From positions 13,096,596-13,160,595 of the forward strand of contig NC_083439.1 of the NCBI RefSeq assembly GCF_020745735.1: a DNA stretch of 64,000 nucleotides, read 5' to 3'. Position 1 is the stretch's first letter, and each line of letters starts with the position of its first letter. Positions 39,650 to 52,232 of this stretch are shown one piece after another. Both the position numbers and the translations under genes were made by a program. Source of the stretch: Hemiscyllium ocellatum. Taxonomy: Eukaryota. The notes beneath the pieces were generated by a model. That model worked only from the letters and a program-made list of their open reading frames with translations. It did not search any database and was not told the DNA's origin.

Positions 39650-42600
39650 GACAAGTAGTAGTTAGAGGGATCCTTTGTAAGCAGTAGTAGTTAGAGGGAT
39701 CTATAATTCGGGATCCTTTGTAAGCAGGATCGAGAATCCTGTATGGTATGTTGTCCGATAAGTCCAAGGATGCCAGACATCTCTGCCTGGCTCAAAAGGC
39801 TATTAAAGAAAGAGGGAGAGGATTTAGTTGCTGTGGTCCATATTGGGAAAAACAACGTAGGCAAGACTAGGAAAGAGGATCTGTTAAGGGGTTATCAGGA
39901 ACTAAGAATCAATTTAAGGAACAGATATTCAAAGGCTATAATCTCCGGATTACTACCTGAGTCATGTGCTAATTGGAATAGGGATGTGAGAATAAGGGAA
40001 GTAAACGTTTGGCTAAAAGGGTAGTGCTGCAAAGAGGGCTTCCTTTTCATGGGGCACTGGTGGCAGTATTGGAACAGGAGGAATCCATGCTGCTGATCTG
40101 AGTTGGGAGTAGTGCTTTAGCGAAAAGAGTAAATAGGGTGTTCAACAGGACTTTAAACGAGGACGGGAGGAGGGAAGGGAATGGTAAAACTCCAAGACGT
40201 GTAATGACCAATAGAAAGTAAGGCAGCATGTTTACATCTGTGGGGGTGGGTTCAATTGCATGGAAAAATATTTTAAAAAATGAAAACAAAGGAGAACTCA
40301 GGAGAGGTTATTAAAATCTCCAGTACACAAAACAGGACAGAATGTTTGGAAAGGGTTAGGAATCAAACTTCAAACACACTGGATAAATGAGTAACAATGA
40401 GAAAAGGGATGGTCAATATGGGACTGAAGGCGTTGTATCTGAATGCGCACAGTGCTGGAAATAAGGTAAATGTGATGCAGATCATAATTGGCAGGTATGA
40501 TGTGATGGGCATCATGGAGACATAGCTGCAAGTGGATCAGGACTGGGAGCTAAATATCCAAGTATATGCATTCTATCGAAAAGACAGGCGGGTGGGCAGA
40601 ATAGTTGAGGTTGCCTTATTTGTAAAAAAGTGAAATTAAATCAATAGCAATCAACAAAGTAGGGGCAGATGATGTAGAATCTCTGTGGGTAGAGTTGAGG
40701 GACTGCAACGGTGAAAATAACTAGAAAGGGAATTATATACATGCCTCCAAACAGTAGTTAGGATTTGAGACATAAGATACACAAAGAGATAGAAAAGGCA
40801 TGTAAGAAAGGCAAGGTTATAGTGATCATGGGGGGATTTCAATATGCAGGCAGACTGGAAAATCAGATTAGCAATAGATCACAAGAAAAGGAATTTGTGG
40901 AATGTCTATGAGATGGCTCTTTGGAGCAGCTTGCAGAGGAGCCCACGAGGGAACAGGCAATACTGGATTTAGTATTGTGCAATGAGGCAGACTTAATAAA
41001 GGAGCTTAAAGTGAAGGAACGCTTAGGAGGCAGTGACTATAATATGATAGAATTGACTCTGCAGTTTGAGATAGATAAAGTGGAATCAAATGTAATGGTA
41101 TCATGGTTGAATAAAGGCAACTACAGAGGCATGGGGGAGGAGCTGACCAGAATTGACTGGGAGAGGAGCCTGGCAGGAAAGACAGTGGAACATCAATGGC
41201 AGGAGTTTCTGGGAGTAATTCAGGAGACGCAGCAGAGATTCGTCCTGAGGAAAATGAAGCATACTAAAGGGAGGATGAGGCAACCACGGCTGACCAGGGA
41301 AGTCAGAGATAGAATAACAGAAAAAGAGGAAGCATATAATGTGGCGAAGGGCATTGGAAGGCCAGAGGATCAGGATGCTTATGAAGACCATCAGAGAACA
41401 ATGAAGAAAATATGAATGTAAGCTAGCCAGTAATATTAGGACAGATTGCAAGAGTTTCTTTAGATATATAAAGGGCAGAAAAGAGGCAAAAGTAGACACT
41501 AGATGGCTGGAAACTGATGCTGGAGAAGTAGTAATGGAGAACAAAGAAATAGCAGGGGAACTGAATAAGTACTTTGTGTCAGTCTTCATGGTGGAAAACA
41601 CGAGTCACATCCCAAAAGGCGGGGAGGTGGCAGACCATCACCATGGGCAAGATGCTTGAAAAACTGAAAGGGTTGAGAGGAGATAAATCACCTGGACCAG
41701 ATGGGCTACACCCTAGAGTTCGGAAGGAGATAGCTGAAGAGATAGTGGAGACTTTAGTGGTGATCTTTCAGCTATCACCGGAGTCATGGAAGGTCCCAGA
41801 GGACTGGAAAATTGCTAATGTGACCACCCCATCCCCCCCAAGTTAAAAAGGGAGCAAAGCAAAAGATGGGAAATTATAGGCCAATTAGCCTGACCTCAGT
41901 TGTTGATAAGATTTTGGAGTTCACTGTGAAGGATGAGATTTCTGAATACTTGGAAGTGCATGGTAAAGTAGGGCAAAGTCAGCACAGTTTCATCAAGGAG
42001 AGGTCATGCCTCACAAAGTTTTGAGTAGGTAATGAGCAGGTTAGACCAAGGAAAGGTAATGGTTGTTATTTATCTGGATTTCAGAAGGCCTTTGATAAGG
42101 TGGTGCACAGGAAGCTGCTGAGTAAGATATGAGCTTGTGGTGTTATAGGCAAGGTACTAGCATGGGTAGAAGGTTGGCTGTCTGGCAAAAGACAGAGAAT
42201 GGGGTTAAAGGGTCCTTCACAGGATGGAAGCTGGTGAGTAGCTGATGGTTAAATATATGGATGATATGGATGATAATGGAATGCTGTAGCTTAGATTGGA
42301 CTTCAGATCAGACTTACAGGTCGGCGTAACATCCAGAGCCAAAGGACCTGTGCTGCGTTGTAATGTTCTATGTTCTAGTGCTGTTTCACGAGGGTCAGTG
42401 TTGGGACCACAGCTTTTCATTTTATGCATTCATGAGCTGGATGAAGGAACTTGAGGCATTCTGGCTAACTTTGCAGATGATACAAAGATAAGTGGAGGGA
42501 CAGGCAGTATTGAAGAGTGGGAGAAGCTGCAGAAAAGATTTAGTTATGTTAGGAAAGTGGTCAAAGAACTGGCAGATGAATTTCATGGTGAAAAAGTATG

Positions 42601-43308
42601 AGGTCAAGCCCTTTGATGGGAAGAATAGAGGCATGGACAGTTTTCTAAATTGCTAGAAAATTCAGAAATCTGGAGTCCTAGTCCAAGGTAACCTTGTAGG
42701 TTGAGTCAGTAGTTAAGAAGGCAAATACATTTATTTCGAGAGGACGAGAATATAAAAATGGCGATATACCTTTGAGGCTTTATAAAGCTCTGGTCAGACC
42801 ACATTTGGGAGCAATTTTGGGTCCTATACTTTAGGAAGGATGTACTAACCCTGGAGCAGGTCCAGAGGAGGTTCATGAGAATGATCCCAGGACTGTAAGG
42901 CCTAACATATGAGAAAGGTTTGTGGACTCTGGGATTATGCTTGATGGAGTTTAGAAGGATGAGGAGGGATCTGATTGAAACTTATAGAATACTAAATGGC
43001 CTAGACAGAGTGGATATTGGGAAGATATTTCCATTGGCAGGAGAGACTACGACCGAGGGCACAGCCTGAGAGTAAAGGGAAGGCCCTTTAGAATGGAGAT
43101 AAGGAGAAACTTCTTTACTCAGAGAGTGGTGAATCTGTGGAATACGTTGCCGCAGAAGGCCATGGAGGCCAGGTATACTAAAGACTGAGAGAGATAGGTT
43201 CTTGATTGCCAAGGGGATCCAAGGTTGCAGAAAGAAAGCCGTGGTTGAATGGCACAGCAGCCTCTATAGGCCAAATGGCCTGATTTCTGCACCTAAATCT
43301 TATGGTCT
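39650..43308 (+). mobile_element. CR1 LINE (ORF1 esterase part plus ORF2), dead, with a nested short CR1 tail at ~42241-42377
   Basis: VVHIGKNN, IISGLLP, AILDLVLCNE, KSPGPDGLHPRV, FADDTK, RRNFFTQRVVNLWN. Confidence 0.93.
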
Positions 43309-43349
43309 CGATCACTGACAAGAAGAAGATGCAGTTACATTAAAGTCTT

Positions 43350-43860
43350 AGGAAAGCAAAAGGTAAATGCAGCAAAATAGTAAGGGTGTTTTGCTAAAAT
43401 TGTGTAGTACTTTGGAGAAATCACTTGTTGGGATTGTCCAAATTAAGAACTGTTTTAGAATGGAAGCAATAAATGTTTACACAATAGATTCCTGGGTTAA
43501 GAGGGTTGTCTGATGAGTAACAGATTAGCTGAGTAGGCCAAATTTTCAAGGGTTTGGAAATTTGAAACATTAATCTAAAATGAAATTATAAAATTGACAG
43601 AGGCTTTATTCTGAAGATATTAGAATAATATGTTTTATTACTCAGATTATAGTATGAGGTAATAGAACTAGAACCGGATCTAGAATTAGAACTCAGAATT
43701 ATACTATTAGAATAAGGAAAATATTCTTAAGAAGGTTATGAATTTTTACAATTGTCTACCCAGTGAGTTGTGGGTGCTCAATGCATTGAAGAATTATTTG
43801 AATGGATTTTTGGAAATTAAGGGGAAGTAAAGTTGAAATTGTTCAGCTACCTCCTTCTTA
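43350..43860 (+). mobile_element. Ancient CR1 3' relic upstream of the gene 2 acceptor (continues at ~44590-44645)
   Basis: gattcctgggttaagagggttgtctgatgag, aggaaaatattcttaagaaggttatgaa, gttcagctac / ttattgtaagacagggaaggttcagagagccaattgcc. Confidence 0.55.
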
Positions 43861-44588
43861 AAAGAGACAAAAAACTGCAGTTGCTAGAGTCCAAAGTAGA
43901 CAAGCAGGAGGCTGGATGAACACAGCAAGCCAGGCAGCATCAGAAGGTGAGGAAGTTGACATTTTGTGTACAACCATTCTTCAGGAATTGGGGAGGGGGG
44001 GGATGCGGGTGCGGGGGGGGGGGGGGTGGGGGGGGATAGTGGGACTGCGGATAAGGAGAGGTGGTGGGGGGAAGAGTTTTGGGTGGGGAGGGAACAGAGC
44101 AGTGAGGTAGTGATAGGTAAACATAAGAGGTGGGTATGACCTGATTGGTCGATGGGAGGAATGAATCTGGTTGGTAGCTGGAAAGAAGGATTGAAAGTGA
44201 AATGAAAGGGAGGAGGGGGGCTGGAAAGGGAGTCGGGGGATGGGAAAGGAGGTTATTTGAAATTGGAAAACTCAATGTTAACTCCTCCCAGCTGTCGGCT
44301 ACCCAGGCGGAAGATAAGTGATGCTCCTTCAATTTGTGGTCTGATTCACTGTGGCAATGGAGGAGATCGAGGATGTACATGTTGAAGGAGTGGAAAGGGG
44401 AATTGAAATAGGCAGTGACTGGGAGGTCAGGCTGGCCCTTACGGGCCTGGCTGAGACGCTCATTAAAATGTGCCCTTGGTTTGCGTTTGGTCTCCCCAAT
44501 GTAGAGGAGACCTCATCAGGAGCACTGGATGCAGTAAACTGGGTTGGAGGAGAGGAGGATAAACCTCTGTTTCACCTGGAAGGACTCC
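43861..44588 (-). mobile_element. Penelope-like element 3' part (GIY-YIG end plus family A-like pseudo-LTR)
   Basis: ILDLLHCHSESDHKLKEHHL..RLG..GVNIEFSNFK on minus strand, then a C-rich spacer and gatgctgcctggcttgctg pseudo-LTR. Confidence 0.85.
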
Positions 44589-44690
44589 TTATTGTAAGAC
44601 AGGGAAGGTTCAGAGAGCCAATTGCCCTAGGTTTGCTTGTATGTTTTAAGTCATGTTTTTAAATTTATGCTGTATTGTCAATATTTATCT

Positions 44691-44710
44691 TCAATTCTCC
44701 AACAGGATCT
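44691..44710 (+). promoter_or_regulatory. Splice acceptor of UGT gene 2 coding exon (exon starts 44706)
   Basis: tcaattctccaacag/GATCT. Confidence 0.85.
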
Positions 44711-44730
44711 GGAAATTCCTTGCTCTTGAA

Positions 44731-46344
44731 ATGGATCATTTTGCATGGAAAAGAGGGTTCCATGTTGCATGCACTCTTAGTTTCTTCATTGCCCTGTCTT
44801 ATCCAATTACCCAGGGAGCTGATATATTGGTTGTCCCTGTTGATGGAAGTCATTGGGTCAATATGAGAATTCTAATAGAAGAGCTGAAACGTTATGGGCA
44901 CAATATCACTGTGCTTTATTCTTCAGGATCTATGTACATCAAAGAGCAGCCTGATCTATATCAAACCATCGCAGTTGAAGTGCAAGGATTCGTTGACAGA
45001 AATATGAGCAAAGACATTCTGCAAAATTTAGTTCAAAACACACTAGAAACCTTAAAATTTGATTGGACACTATGGAGATCTGTTAAGTTCCAGTATGAAA
45101 TGATGTCTTTTGTTCATGCCTTTCACTCTTGGGCACTACAGCTAAATTTTGCAATTTATGAAAGCAAGGATTTGTTGAAACAACTTGAAAATGCACATTT
45201 TGACTTAATATTGACTGATCCTGCTTTACCTACAGGTCCAATGCTTGCTTATTATTTAAAACTTCCCCTGGTATATAATGTTCGATGGCTCAGCATTGGA
45301 GAAGCTCATTGTCTCTTAGCCCCATCACCACTGTCCTATATCCCAACCCTTGGTTCCAGATTGACAGATAAAATGAGTTTACTCCAAAGGACAAAAAACA
45401 TCATCTTTTATCTGTTTCAACTCTCCAATTTTAAATTTCTAATTGAGCCTATGTACAATGATTTCTGCCATCGCTATCTGGGCCCAGACACAGACATTGA
45501 GACTGTTCTCCTAAGGGCCGATGTGTTGCTGATGAGAGTAGATTTTATATTTGAATTCCCGAGACCCACCATGCCCAATATTGTTTATATTGGTGGATTC
45601 CAGTGTAAACCACCCAAACCTCTAGAGGCAGAGTTTGAAGAATTTGTCCAGTCCTCAGGAGAACATGGGATTATTGTCATGTCAATGGGGACTGTTATCA
45701 ACTCTTTGCCAATGCATATTGCAATGCAAATAGCAGAGGCCTTTGCTCAAGTGCCTCAGAAGGTTATCTGGAAACATAATGGAAAGACCCCTCCCAACAT
45801 TGGAAATAATACACTACTGGCAAAGTGGATCCCTCAGAATGATCTACTAGGACACCCCAAAACACGAGCCTTCGTTGCTCATGGTGGCACCAATGGAGTT
45901 TATGAAGCCATCTATCATGGGGTGCCAGTAGTTGGCATACCTCTGCTTTTTGACCAGTTTGATAATTTACTCAGACTTGAAACCCGAGGTGCAGCAAAAG
46001 TGATGAACATTGCAAACATGCAGTCAACAGATCTACTGCAGGCACTTAATGAGGTTATATATAACACATCTTATCGGGAGAACATACAGAAACTCTCCGC
46101 TCTCCACAGAGACCAACCCGAGTCTCCAATGGAGAGAGCTATTTTCTGGATTGAGTATGTTGCCCGACACAAAGGGGCAGCACATTTACGCTCAACATCT
46201 TACCGACTCCCCTGGTACGTTTACTATTGTGTAGATGTGATGATCTTCCTGTTGGTTGTGCTACTGATGCTTACAATCCTGACAGTTGTACTGATGAAGA
46301 AATGTTGTAACATTGTCTCAAAAATAAAGCTAAAAACACAGTAA
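44731..46344 (+). CDS. UDP-glucuronosyltransferase, single coding exon (UGT5-like), 537 aa
   Basis: True start MDHFAWK aligns with the paralogues; the track start at 44653 is upstream of the acceptor. VVPVDGSHW, LTDP, signature ..GIPLLFDQ, TM helix, KLKTQ KxKxx. Confidence 0.97.
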   Translation: MDHFAWKRGFHVACTLSFFIALSYPITQGADILVVPVDGSHWVNMRILIEELKRYGHNITVLYSSGSMYIKEQPDLYQTIAVEVQGFVDRNMSKDILQNLVQNTLETLKFDWTLWRSVKFQYEMMSFVHAFHSWALQLNFAIYESKDLLKQLENAHFDLILTDPALPTGPMLAYYLKLPLVYNVRWLSIGEAHCLLAPSPLSYIPTLGSRLTDKMSLLQRTKNIIFYLFQLSNFKFLIEPMYNDFCHRYLGPDTDIETVLLRADVLLMRVDFIFEFPRPTMPNIVYIGGFQCKPPKPLEAEFEEFVQSSGEHGIIVMSMGTVINSLPMHIAMQIAEAFAQVPQKVIWKHNGKTPPNIGNNTLLAKWIPQNDLLGHPKTRAFVAHGGTNGVYEAIYHGVPVVGIPLLFDQFDNLLRLETRGAAKVMNIANMQSTDLLQALNEVIYNTSYRENIQKLSALHRDQPESPMERAIFWIEYVARHKGAAHLRSTSYRLPWYVYYCVDVMIFLLVVLLMLTILTVVLMKKCCNIVSKIKLKTQ

Positions 46345-46366
46345 GAGATATATATGTTTGCTCAGA

Positions 46367-46430
46367 AATAAATTTTTATTTTCCAAGTGAAATAAGTCAA
46401 AGCAGCTTTCTTGATAAACAAAGTAATAAA
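46367..46430 (+). terminator. Candidate polyadenylation signals of UGT gene 2
   Basis: AATAAA at 46367-46372 and 46425-46430, the latter followed by a T-rich tract. Confidence 0.45.
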
Positions 46431-46734
46431 TTACAAGCTAATCTTTTTTTGTTTTAGTTGAGGTGAATAGTCAGTATGAGGTCTGCTGTGTAACATTGCA
46501 TTCACTTTCTTAATAACATAACCACAAACACCCAATACATAAAATTCCAAAGTTCTTTTGGGACCATTTCTTTAGATTGGAAAAACTACAAACGGCACTC
46601 CAAATTTTAGAATTAGATTTTATTGTCATTTGTACTCAAGTACAACAATACAGTGTAAAGTGTATAAAATCACGATTCTCTGGCACCATCTTAAAATACA
46701 AAATTAAAACTTAAAAAAAAGGAGAAATGAAAGA

Positions 46735-47270
46735 AACGTTGAAGACTCTGGGTCTGTACAGGATGGAGTGTAGAAAGATGAAGGGGGGGATCTCATTCAA
46801 ACTTGAAGAATACTGAGAGGATCAGATAGAGTGGCAGTGGAGCAACATTCTGCCATAAAATCTGTGTCTTATGATCCTATTCTCCACAATCACTTGATGA
46901 AGGAGCAGTGCTCTGAAAACTAATGCTTCCAAATAAACCTATTGGACTATAACCTGGTGTTGCACGATTTTTGACTTTGTCCACCTTGGTCCAACATTGG
47001 CTCCTCCACATCATGACAACTCTTTAGAACTGAGGTGAGGAGGTATTTCTTCAGCCAGAGGGTGGTGAATCTGTGTAACTCATTGTCACAGACGTTTGTG
47101 AAGGCAAAAAGAGAGAGATAGATGAGTTCTTGATTAGTAAATGGGTCAAAAGAAATGGGGAGCAGACAGGAGAATGGGGTTGATAAATATATTAGCCATG
47201 ATCGAATAACAGGATAGACTTGATGGGCCAAATGGTTTAATTCTGCTCCAATATCTTATGCATTGTTTTT
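46735..47270 (+). mobile_element. CR1 3' fragment interrupted by Penelope family B pseudo-LTR (46880-47015)
   Basis: ttcttcagccagagggtggtgaatctgtg; ttgatgaaggagcagtgctctgaaaact..ggactataacctgg. Confidence 0.8.
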
Positions 47271-48789
47271 TAGTCTTAAAAGTGGGCAAAAAGCTGATGA
47301 ATTTATTGAGGGGGTGAGGATTTAAGGATAGTAGTATAAAATTGATCCAAGTAGGATGAGGAATATGACAGCAGTAAATTATGGATATGGACTAGGAAGG
47401 AAAAAGGAAAATCAAGAATAAACTTCCACCACCTGTTATTTTGCTCAACCGGTATTCTCATCTTTATTGAGAAGGAAATGGAGTTCAATTCAACAATTTG
47501 TTGCAAACAAACTTGCCAAATTTGACATCTAAATGAGTATCATACTTCAACAGAGGTGTTGTCCCAGGTGAAGTGAACAGCCCCTGATATTATCCAAATG
47601 GAACGAAACCCTTCAAGATTCTACAACAATGCTCTTGCCTGAACCAACACCATCAAAAATTGATTGACTAGTTATTCATCACACTGGTAGGATCTTGTTC
47701 ATGGAAAACAAATTGTATTTGTCAACATCAAACAAATTCTAGAATTGTTAAAACCTATTGCATGCATATCACTTTTCAGTTCTAAAAAGCTGCGAAATCT
47801 GAACTTGTAACTCTCCACAGAGTTTGCCTGATTTCAAGTATTTCCAGTACCTTCAGCTTTTATTTCAGATTTCCACATCACCTGCAGTATGTTGTCTTCA
47901 CAAAATTCTCAGTTCTGTTTAATAAATAACTAATAATTTCATGGCTCAGAAAGCGACTTGTGGAATTGCTTGGCATGCGTATACTGAAATCCAACTTAGG
48001 CTGTGAGCTTTAATTGGGACAGCAAAATCAATAATAATGCCAACATATTAGAAATACAGTTTAGAGATATATTTGTGTACATAATATGAAGAATTTTGAC
48101 ATTAATTTTGCAGTTTGGAGCAGCATTCATATCAAACATTGAGAAATTGGGAAAAGAGTCAAAAAATAAGTTTGGGTTTGTGAGTGTTGGCCACAGAAAA
48201 AAACTTTTGACGAGATTTTAAGCTGAGCTATACCACTGGAACAAGAATATCAACTTTGATTCTTTTGGGGCACTTGAACTTTCTAGCTAGGGTTTTGATA
48301 GTCAGGTGGGAAGCCAACTTTTGATTAGACCTTTGTGTTTTTATTTTGTATATTCTGCCTTTTTTTTGGCTTTTTGTTCCATTAAATCTGTCAAGCAGTA
48401 TAGGGGAGGATCAGATAGTGGAAGCTTACTTTCAGTCGTGATGTTATTCTGAGGGCTGTTGGAGCCTCCATTAATCTTTGGATTCTCACGTGCACATGGC
48501 TGTTTAGCCACTGAGATGATGGTATTCTGATTCAGGACGCTCTGGAATCAAGCAACAAAAAGCTTTCTGAGGAAAACGGAGATTTTCAAACCAGTTATCC
48601 CAATATCTGATGCTGTGGGCTGAATAGAGATTTTAATTAAGAATAAAGTGACAAAGTGGTTTGAAACATTTCAGAACATCACATGAATTTTCCTACCTCA
48701 CTGTCTGAAAGAGCCACATATTTGAGTTTACCAGTAACACAATGATAGTACCAGCATACGTGGAAATATACAATTAAAAGGAAAATGCA

Positions 48790-49930
48790 GTTACATTAAG
48801 TGAATATGCAAAACTGTGACAAGAATGCTTTTGGTATAGGCATATGTGAGGGTATCCACTCTGCACTTAAAAAGGATAGAGCAATATGCTTTGTTAATGG
48901 TGAGAGGCATGAAATATTTGAGACCCAAACAGATTTAGGTGATTATGAGCACACTTTGCTAAAATGTCATAGACAGGTCTAGGAAAAACACAAAAAGGCT
49001 CAATGAGTATTGGCCTTCATATCTGGAGACTGGAATTCCAAGGAGCAAACATTATGCTGCAGTTACAAAGTTCAAGTTACAATACTCAAGACCATACGTA
49101 GTCATGTGTTCAGTTCAGGCCATCTTATCTTAGGATTAATGTACTGGTTTTGGAAACAATTCAGCACTGATTTCACTAAACACATAGCTAGATTCTCAGG
49201 ACTTAATAATAAGAAGAATTTATACAAACTATTCCATTCCCTGGAATTTAGATGGTTAAAAGGTGATATGATCAAAATGTTCAACATATTATTGCATGAT
49301 GATAGGGTAGATAATAACAAACTATTTCTGTTGGTTAGGGAGTCTAGAAGGTGACACAGTGGCTCAGTGGTCACAGTTTTAGGGACCCAGGATCAATTCC
49401 ATCCTCAGATGACTGCACATTCTCACTGTGTTTACATGTGTTTTCTCCTGGAGCTCCAGTTTCCTCCCACAATCTAACGATGTGCAGGTTAGGTGGATTG
49501 GCTATGCTAGATTGCCCATAGTATCCAGGGATATGTAGACTCGGTGGATTGGCCACGGGAAGCCTAGAGATGCAGGGATGGGGTGAGTCTGGGTCAGATG
49601 CATTTTAGAAGGTCAGTGTTGGTTCGATGGACGGAATGGCCTGCTTCCATATTGTAGGGATTCTAATGGGCAGAGTCTAATGGTTAGAATGAGTCCATTC
49701 ATGAGTGAAGCTTGGATGCTCTTCTGAATGCAAAAGGTAGTTGAGTTTGGAAGTCTGTTCCACTTATGGTATTTTACAGTAGGATGGTTACAAACTTTAA
49801 ATCTCGCATAATTTTGTTAACCAAATTCAATGAGAGATATGCGGCAATGGTGGCTAAAGGGAAGTAATTCACAGATCAGCAATGATATCATGGAATGGTA
49901 GTACAGGTTTGAGTGGACTTCTGTTCCTGT
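48790..49930 (+). mobile_element. Old CR1 3' region with nested HE1 SINE (49350-49665)
   Basis: LEFRWLKGDMIKMFNIL; SINE gtgacacagtggctcagtgg..tgtagggattcta. Confidence 0.75.
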
Positions 49931-50369
49931 AACAAATCAAAATTAATGTTATGTCTAACTGAGGTAGTTCACTGAAAATCCAGCCCTGTTCCTCTTAGAA
50001 TCATAACGACAATTAAAGATTATTTTATAAAACTTGGCAGAATTCCCAATTTCCGTGTCCTTTAGATCCAAGGTTGATCGAAAGCATGGACCAGGTTTCT
50101 GTATTTAACAAGCAGTACTAATTTATACAAATCAATTGATTCTAGCTACAAATAAACAAATATGGACCATTGACAGATAATTAGTTAAATGTCTAACTCA
50201 TTTACAAAGCTCAGTTAATGCGCACATACATATAGGCACAAGAAAAAGTTTTAAAGGTGGAGGGAGTGACTGGGAAGATAGTTCAACAATCCCTGTCCAG
50301 AGCAATCACTGAGATAATCTTTTTGGTATGACAGGACTGGTTATTTCTCAAAATTCTTTCTTCTGCCAC

Positions 50370-51540
50370 TGAATGTAGTTAGTAGAACTGATAAGGGGGA
50401 GCCAGTGGCTGTGGTTTATTTGGACTTTCAAGACATATTGATAATGTGTCACATAAGAAATTAGCATTAAAATTAAAGCATATGGAGTTGGGAGGTAGTG
50501 TATTTAGATGGATAGGGTGTTAACTGGTGGACTGGAAACAAAGTGTAGGAACAAATTAGACATTTTCTGATTGGCAGTCGGTGACTAGTGGGTATGTCAG
50601 GAATCGATGCTTGAATCTCAGCTATTCACAACATATATTAATGATTTAGATGAGAGAACTAAATGTAGTACTTCCAAGACTTGAAGACAACACAAGGCTG
50701 AGTGGGAGGCTAAATTGTGAGGAAGTTGCAGAGATGCTTCAGTGTGTTTTGGACAGGTTGAGTCAGTGGATGAATGCACAGCATATAGAGTATAATGTGG
50801 ATAAATGTGAGGTTATCTATTACGGGACAAAAAAAACAGAAAGGTGGATCATTATCTGAATGGTGATAGATTGGGAAAGGGGGAGCCCAATGAGACCTGT
50901 GTGTCCTTGTGTACCAGTCATTGAAATTAAGTATGCAGGAACGGTAAGTGGTGAAAAAGGCAAATGACACATTTCCCTTCACAGGGAGAGAATTTGAGTT
51001 CAGGAACAGGATGTCTTGCATTTGTATAGGGCCTTGGTGAGATAACAGCTGGGTATTGATGTGCAGTTTTGGTCTCATTATCCGAGGGTCCTGGGATGGC
51101 AGGATTGGCAGATTGAAGACAGACTTCATCAGTTAAGATAATATTCATTGGAGTTTAGAAGAATAGAAGGAAAATCTAATAGAAGCCTATAATATTCTAA
51201 AGGACCTCAATGCAAGAAGGATATTCCTGCTGACTGGGGAGTTCAAAACACAGGACACAGTCCAAGGATATAGGGCCGGCCATTTAAGGCTGCATTGAGA
51301 TGAAGATAAATTTCTTCATCCAGACAGTCAAGAACCTGTGGAATTCTCTGCCACAGGAGGTTTTTGAGCCAATATGATTCAATATTTTCAAGAAGGGGGT
51401 AGATCTAGTTGTTAGGGCAAAAGGGATCAAAGGCTGTACATGGAAACAGGGTTTTGAGTTGATTGATCAGCCACGATCATAGTGAATAACGGAGCAGGCT
51501 CAAAGAGCCTATTCTTATTTCTATTTTCTGTGTTTCTGTT
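50370..51540 (+). mobile_element. Old CR1 RT/3' region
   Basis: tatttggactttcaaga, YNVDKCEVI, gtgcagttttggtctc; tail ttctgtgtttctg. Confidence 0.8.
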
Positions 51541-51745
51541 TCACTCACTTGCAGGAGGCACAGAGTGACTGGTTCATATTAATAAAGTCGCTGATATATT
51601 GATTAAGTTCAAGCCTACAGGAACTGATGAGCGAAATAAACTGGCTGTCTTCAGGCTTGAGGTGTTTTGTTCACACCTAGCCATCATTTTAACTTGTCTT
51701 CATTTGGAAGTTGGCTGTAGGCCCACTTGGCTCCTGTGGAGATCG

Positions 51746-51899
51746 AGGAGAAAGTGAGGACTGCAGATGCTGGAGATCAGAGTTGAAAAATGTGTTACTG
51801 GAAAAGCGCAGCAGGTCAGGCAGCATCCAAGGAGCAGGAGACTCTCCTGCTCCTTGGATGCTGCCTGACCTGCTGTGCTTTTCCAGCAACACATTTTCA
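51746..51899. mobile_element. Penelope family A fold-back mini-element with 16-bp TSD
   Basis: Near-perfect hairpin centred ~51841; gctcctgtggagatcg at 51730-51745 and 51900-51915. Confidence 0.9.
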
Positions 51900-52232
51900 G
51901 CTCCTGTGGAGATCGTTCGTGAGGCAATCGGAGCGTCAGCAACATGCACGGGCTGTGAAGCTTCAATAAAAACATTTCAAAAAGAACTCACCTCGCTGAA
52001 ATGAACTGAGAACCTCTGTAAGCCAGAAGTGAAGAGGGGACCCACAATCAGACTCCCTGGGTCTCTCCTGCTTTCAGCTCTTCGCCACACCCTCTGTGCG
52101 GTTTAAACTCTCGCCACATTGTGACAGAAAAATGCTGTGCAGAGGGTCTAATTTCAAATCAGTCCTAACAGGGAAAAAAAAGTTGCTAAACTTCCTACAT
52201 TCACATGAGACTGATGCCAACACTCCCTGGCC

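Noticed and set aside
43940-44380. Proline-rich 146-aa ORF
   Set aside because: Frameshifted Penelope endonuclease end running into a low-complexity C-rich spacer.
44653-44730. 26-aa N-terminal extension of UGT gene 2 in the ORF track
   Set aside because: The ATG lies upstream of the conserved splice acceptor at 44705, and the paralogues start at the Met aligned with 44731.
46335-46346. Splice-donor-like CA/GTAAGA overlapping the gene 2 stop codon
   Set aside because: The ORF ends in a proper KxKxx motif at the same position as gene 1; no downstream exon evident.
51746-51899. miRNA hairpin or DNA-transposon MITE
   Set aside because: Arms are Penelope pseudo-LTR sequence, asymmetric, with variable long TSDs across copies.
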